Shown here piece by piece: positions 29,506 through 32,000 of a DNA stretch of 32,000 nt. Position numbers and translations under genes: made by a program. The notes beneath the pieces were generated by a model. The model searched no databases. It was given only the letters and a program-made list of their open reading frames with translations, and was not told where the DNA came from. The first letter of the stretch is position 1. Every line of letters begins with the position of its first letter. Source of the stretch: Parasynechococcus marenigrum WH 8102 (lineage in GTDB: Bacteria; Cyanobacteriota; Cyanobacteriia; PCC-6307; Cyanobiaceae); contig NC_005070.1 of the NCBI RefSeq assembly GCF_000195975.1, forward strand, positions 960,001 to 992,000, written 5' to 3'.

Positions 29506-30651
29506 ATGCAAAGCAATTGGGATGTCATCGTGATTGGGGCAGGAGTTGCCGGAGGCTTGGCAGCCTTCGATTGTGCAAATCGCGGCCTGCGAGTTCTGCT
29601 CGTCGAAAAACGGTCCTTCCCTCGCTGGAAGGTGTGTGGTTGCTGCTTTAACGCCAATGCCTTGGCAGCTCTGACTGCCACAGGCCTCCCGAACTTCTTT
29701 GATGATCAGGGTGCCGTGCCCCTCGATCAACTTCGTCTTGGTTGGGGTGGCAAGTCCCTCAAGCTTGAGTTGCCAGGCGGTTGGGCACTTTCGCGGGAGC
29801 GCTTCGATCAGGCTTTGGTCAACGCGGCTGAGGCTGCTGGTGCAACATTGCGCTTTCAAACCGGTGCCGTGCTTGAGGAGAGCACTCCCGATGGGCGAAT
29901 GGTGCGATTACGACCGCCGGGTGATGCTCCCATTGAACGGATCAGGGCCCGTGTGGTTCTCGTTGCAGCCGGACTGCAGCACCAGGTGATGTCCCCCTCC
30001 CATGCGGCCAGCTCGAGGAGCACCCCGGAATCGAGGCTTGGGGCAGGCTGCCTCATCAATGATGACGACAGCTCCTACGAGTCAGGGGCGATTCATATGG
30101 CCATTGGCCAGCGTGGCTACGTCGGCTTGGTTCGACGTGAGGACGGTGCTCTCAACCTGGCGGCCGCTTTCGACCGCGCTGTGGTCAAGTCGTCTGGCGG
30201 TGTGGCGCGTGCGGCACAACTTGTTCTGACTCAAGCCGGCTTCACTTTGCCTCGAAGATTGGAGTCGTCTCGTTGGCAATTAACTCCTGCGCTCACCCGT
30301 CGTGCTGGTTTGTTCGCAGGGGATCGCTTTTTGTTGCTTGGCGACGCGACCGGTTATGTGGAACCGTTTACCGGTGAGGGTATGGCGTGGGCTCTCGCCG
30401 CTGGGGCGGCGGTTGCTCCATTTGTGGAGGAGGCTCAGGGTGAATGGTCAGCGGATCTCGAGCGACGCTGGCAAAGGAGGTTGGTGGATCTGACGATCAG
30501 CCGTCAACGGGTTTGCAGTGTGTTGTCGACGTTGTTACGACAACCGCTCACCACAAATGCGTTGTTCAACCTTGGGTGCCAATGGCCTGCGATCCCGCAG
30601 CGCATTATTCGCAGCCTCAATCGGGTGTCTCCTCTGATGGCGAGTTCCTAA
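29506..30651 (+). CDS. FAD-dependent oxidoreductase / flavoprotein monooxygenase-like
   Basis: A start at ATG 29506 gives MQSNWDVIVIGAGVAGGLAAFDCANRGLRVLLVEKR, a GxGxxG dinucleotide fold. A later LLLGDATGYVEPFTGEGM motif is typical of the FAD-binding GD motif in this family. Confidence 0.85.
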   Translation: MQSNWDVIVIGAGVAGGLAAFDCANRGLRVLLVEKRSFPRWKVCGCCFNANALAALTATGLPNFFDDQGAVPLDQLRLGWGGKSLKLELPGGWALSRERFDQALVNAAEAAGATLRFQTGAVLEESTPDGRMVRLRPPGDAPIERIRARVVLVAAGLQHQVMSPSHAASSRSTPESRLGAGCLINDDDSSYESGAIHMAIGQRGYVGLVRREDGALNLAAAFDRAVVKSSGGVARAAQLVLTQAGFTLPRRLESSRWQLTPALTRRAGLFAGDRFLLLGDATGYVEPFTGEGMAWALAAGAAVAPFVEEAQGEWSADLERRWQRRLVDLTISRQRVCSVLSTLLRQPLTTNALFNLGCQWPAIPQRIIRSLNRVSPLMASS

Positions 30652-30654
30652 ACC

Positions 30655-31743
30655 ATGCCTCTCATCCTTCATGGCATTGGTACTGCGGTGCCATCTCGGC
30701 GACTGAGCCAGGCAGATGCCGTGCAGGTGGCACATCGCATCAATGCCGAAACCCCTGAGCAGGTAAGGCTGATGACACGCATCTATCAGAAAACCAAGGT
30801 GCTCAGCCGTGGAAGTGTGCTGCTGGAGAAGGATGGAGACGATGGCACGATCCAGGAGCGTCTCAGTTTCTACGGCGAAGAAAGCCCTGGTACCGCCGAA
30901 CGGATGCAGGCGTTTGAGGATCATGCCGGTGAGCTGGCTCTTGAGGCCGCTGCAAAGGCGCTAAGCGATAGCGATATCTCAGCCACGGCGATCACGCATC
31001 TCGTCACTGTCAGTTGCACCGGTTTTCAGTCACCAGGTGTTGACCTTTTCTTGATTGAAAAGCTTGATCTATCGCCGAGTGTTCAGCGAACCCATATCGG
31101 ATTCATGGGATGCCACGCTGCGCTGAATGGCTTGCGTGTTGCCCACGCCTTTGCGGAGATGGATCCCAAGGCTGTTGTTCTGCTGTGCGCTGTAGAGCTT
31201 TGCAGCCTCCATATGGCTTATGGCTGGCACCCAGAGCAGGTTGTTGCCAACGCTTTGTTTGCCGATGGGGCGGCTGCCGTTGTCGCCTCCGTCAATCCTT
31301 CCCCTACACATCAGACCTTGGCGTTGCGACGCAGTGGCTCGATGGTGATTCCAAACAGCTCAGATCTGATGCACTGGGAGATTGGCGACCATGGTTTTGC
31401 GATGGGCTTGTCGCCCCTTGTTCCGGAAACGGTTGGCGCTGCCTTGTTGCCCTGGTTGCGAGATTGGCTCAAAGAGCAGGCCATTGATCTTGAGGCGGTG
31501 ACGAGCTGGGCTGTTCATCCAGGGGGCCCCAAGATTCTCTCGACCTGTGCCGAGGTTTTGTCGCTGGACCCAGGCCTACTGCACGAGTCCAGAGGAATAC
31601 TTCAGGATCACGGCAACATGTCATCCGCAACGATCCTGTTCATCCTTGAAAGGTTGAGGCGGCGGGAATGTTCCGGTCCTTGTCTTGCACTGGCCTTTGG
31701 CCCTGGGCTGAGTGCTGAGGTAGCACTTTTTGATTTTCAATAA
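30655..31743 (+). CDS. Type III polyketide synthase (chalcone synthase superfamily)
   Basis: 362 aa. Catalytic Cys context HLVTVSCTGFQSPG, His context WAVHPGGPKIL and Asn context QDHGNMSSATILF together make the Cys-His-Asn triad signature. Starts 3 nt after the flavoprotein stop. Confidence 0.9.
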   Translation: MPLILHGIGTAVPSRRLSQADAVQVAHRINAETPEQVRLMTRIYQKTKVLSRGSVLLEKDGDDGTIQERLSFYGEESPGTAERMQAFEDHAGELALEAAAKALSDSDISATAITHLVTVSCTGFQSPGVDLFLIEKLDLSPSVQRTHIGFMGCHAALNGLRVAHAFAEMDPKAVVLLCAVELCSLHMAYGWHPEQVVANALFADGAAAVVASVNPSPTHQTLALRRSGSMVIPNSSDLMHWEIGDHGFAMGLSPLVPETVGAALLPWLRDWLKEQAIDLEAVTSWAVHPGGPKILSTCAEVLSLDPGLLHESRGILQDHGNMSSATILFILERLRRRECSGPCLALAFGPGLSAEVALFDFQ

Positions 31744-31892
31744 CAGTCAATCTTCGTTTTGCCTGTTTCACTGCCTGAGGAATTAATACCGCATCTGAAC
31801 ATCTCTGTCTGATCAGATGATGTTTCTCGGCGATGTCACGCCCGGGTAACCCTAAGGCTTCAGTGGCGTAAATCTTTTCAATGATTTTGTGC

Positions 31893-32000
31893 TGCCTTGC
31901 CCCTTTCCTTCAGCAGAATCACTGCATTGATGGGGAGCATGGTGGCCGGAGCTGGGGTGAATCCTGCAGATCAGCGCTGGGGTTTCTGGCCGCTGCTGCC
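31893..32000 (+). repeat. Boundary repeat copy C, presumably the functional copy
   Basis: Best-conserved copy of the segment. It runs to the window edge with an open reading frame. Confidence 0.75.
31930..32000 (+). CDS. 5' end of an unidentified gene continuing beyond the window (MGSMVAGAGVNPADQRWGFWPLLP...)
   Basis: ATG at 31930 (a second ATG at 31939) opens a frame with no stop up to nt 32000. The same 5' end is found as truncated relics at 13072-13173 and, decayed, at 28338-28442. The W-x-x-WPL(L/V)P motif reminds me of DUF4336-type cyanobacterial proteins, but that is memory only. Confidence 0.4.
   Translation, partial: MGSMVAGAGVNPADQRWGFWPLL

Noticed and set aside
11126-32000. Integrase, transposase or other mobility gene within the modules
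   Set aside because: None of the ORFs shows recombinase motifs, so the mobility inference rests only on the repeat architecture.

Overview
High-GC cyanobacterial chromosome segment. The psbA gene, a DUF3721 small protein and the general gene content fit a marine Synechococcus-type picocyanobacterium; that assignment is inference, since no search was run. Nt 1-11100 look like core genome. They hold prs (partial), a GHL10-type glycosidase, and a Fur-family (Zur-type) box between divergent znuCB and znuA. A His/Asp/Glu-rich beta-barrel-like protein lies directly downstream of znuA. Next come a COG0701 permease/DUF1980 pair translationally coupled to a secreted protein, then rsmE and several small ORFs. 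Nt 11126-32000 are a composite accessory region. Four direct copies of one ~100-bp segment, the 5' end of a gene that runs off the right edge, split it into three cargo modules. Module 1 is a cupin fragment plus psbA (Glu130, D1:2 type). Module 2 is a ~15-kb minus-strand cluster of four TPR/glycosyltransferase/GNAT proteins followed by a 2230-aa repeat-rich FG-GAP/cadherin-like adhesin, whose RTX C-terminus is cut off by a single in-frame TAG. Module 3 is a methyltransferase, flavoprotein and type III PKS cassette of the alkylresorcinol type. I recognised no rRNA, tRNA, CRISPR array, transposase or recombinase. Many long ORFs in the track are antisense or alternative-frame shadows of real genes, as expected in high-GC DNA.
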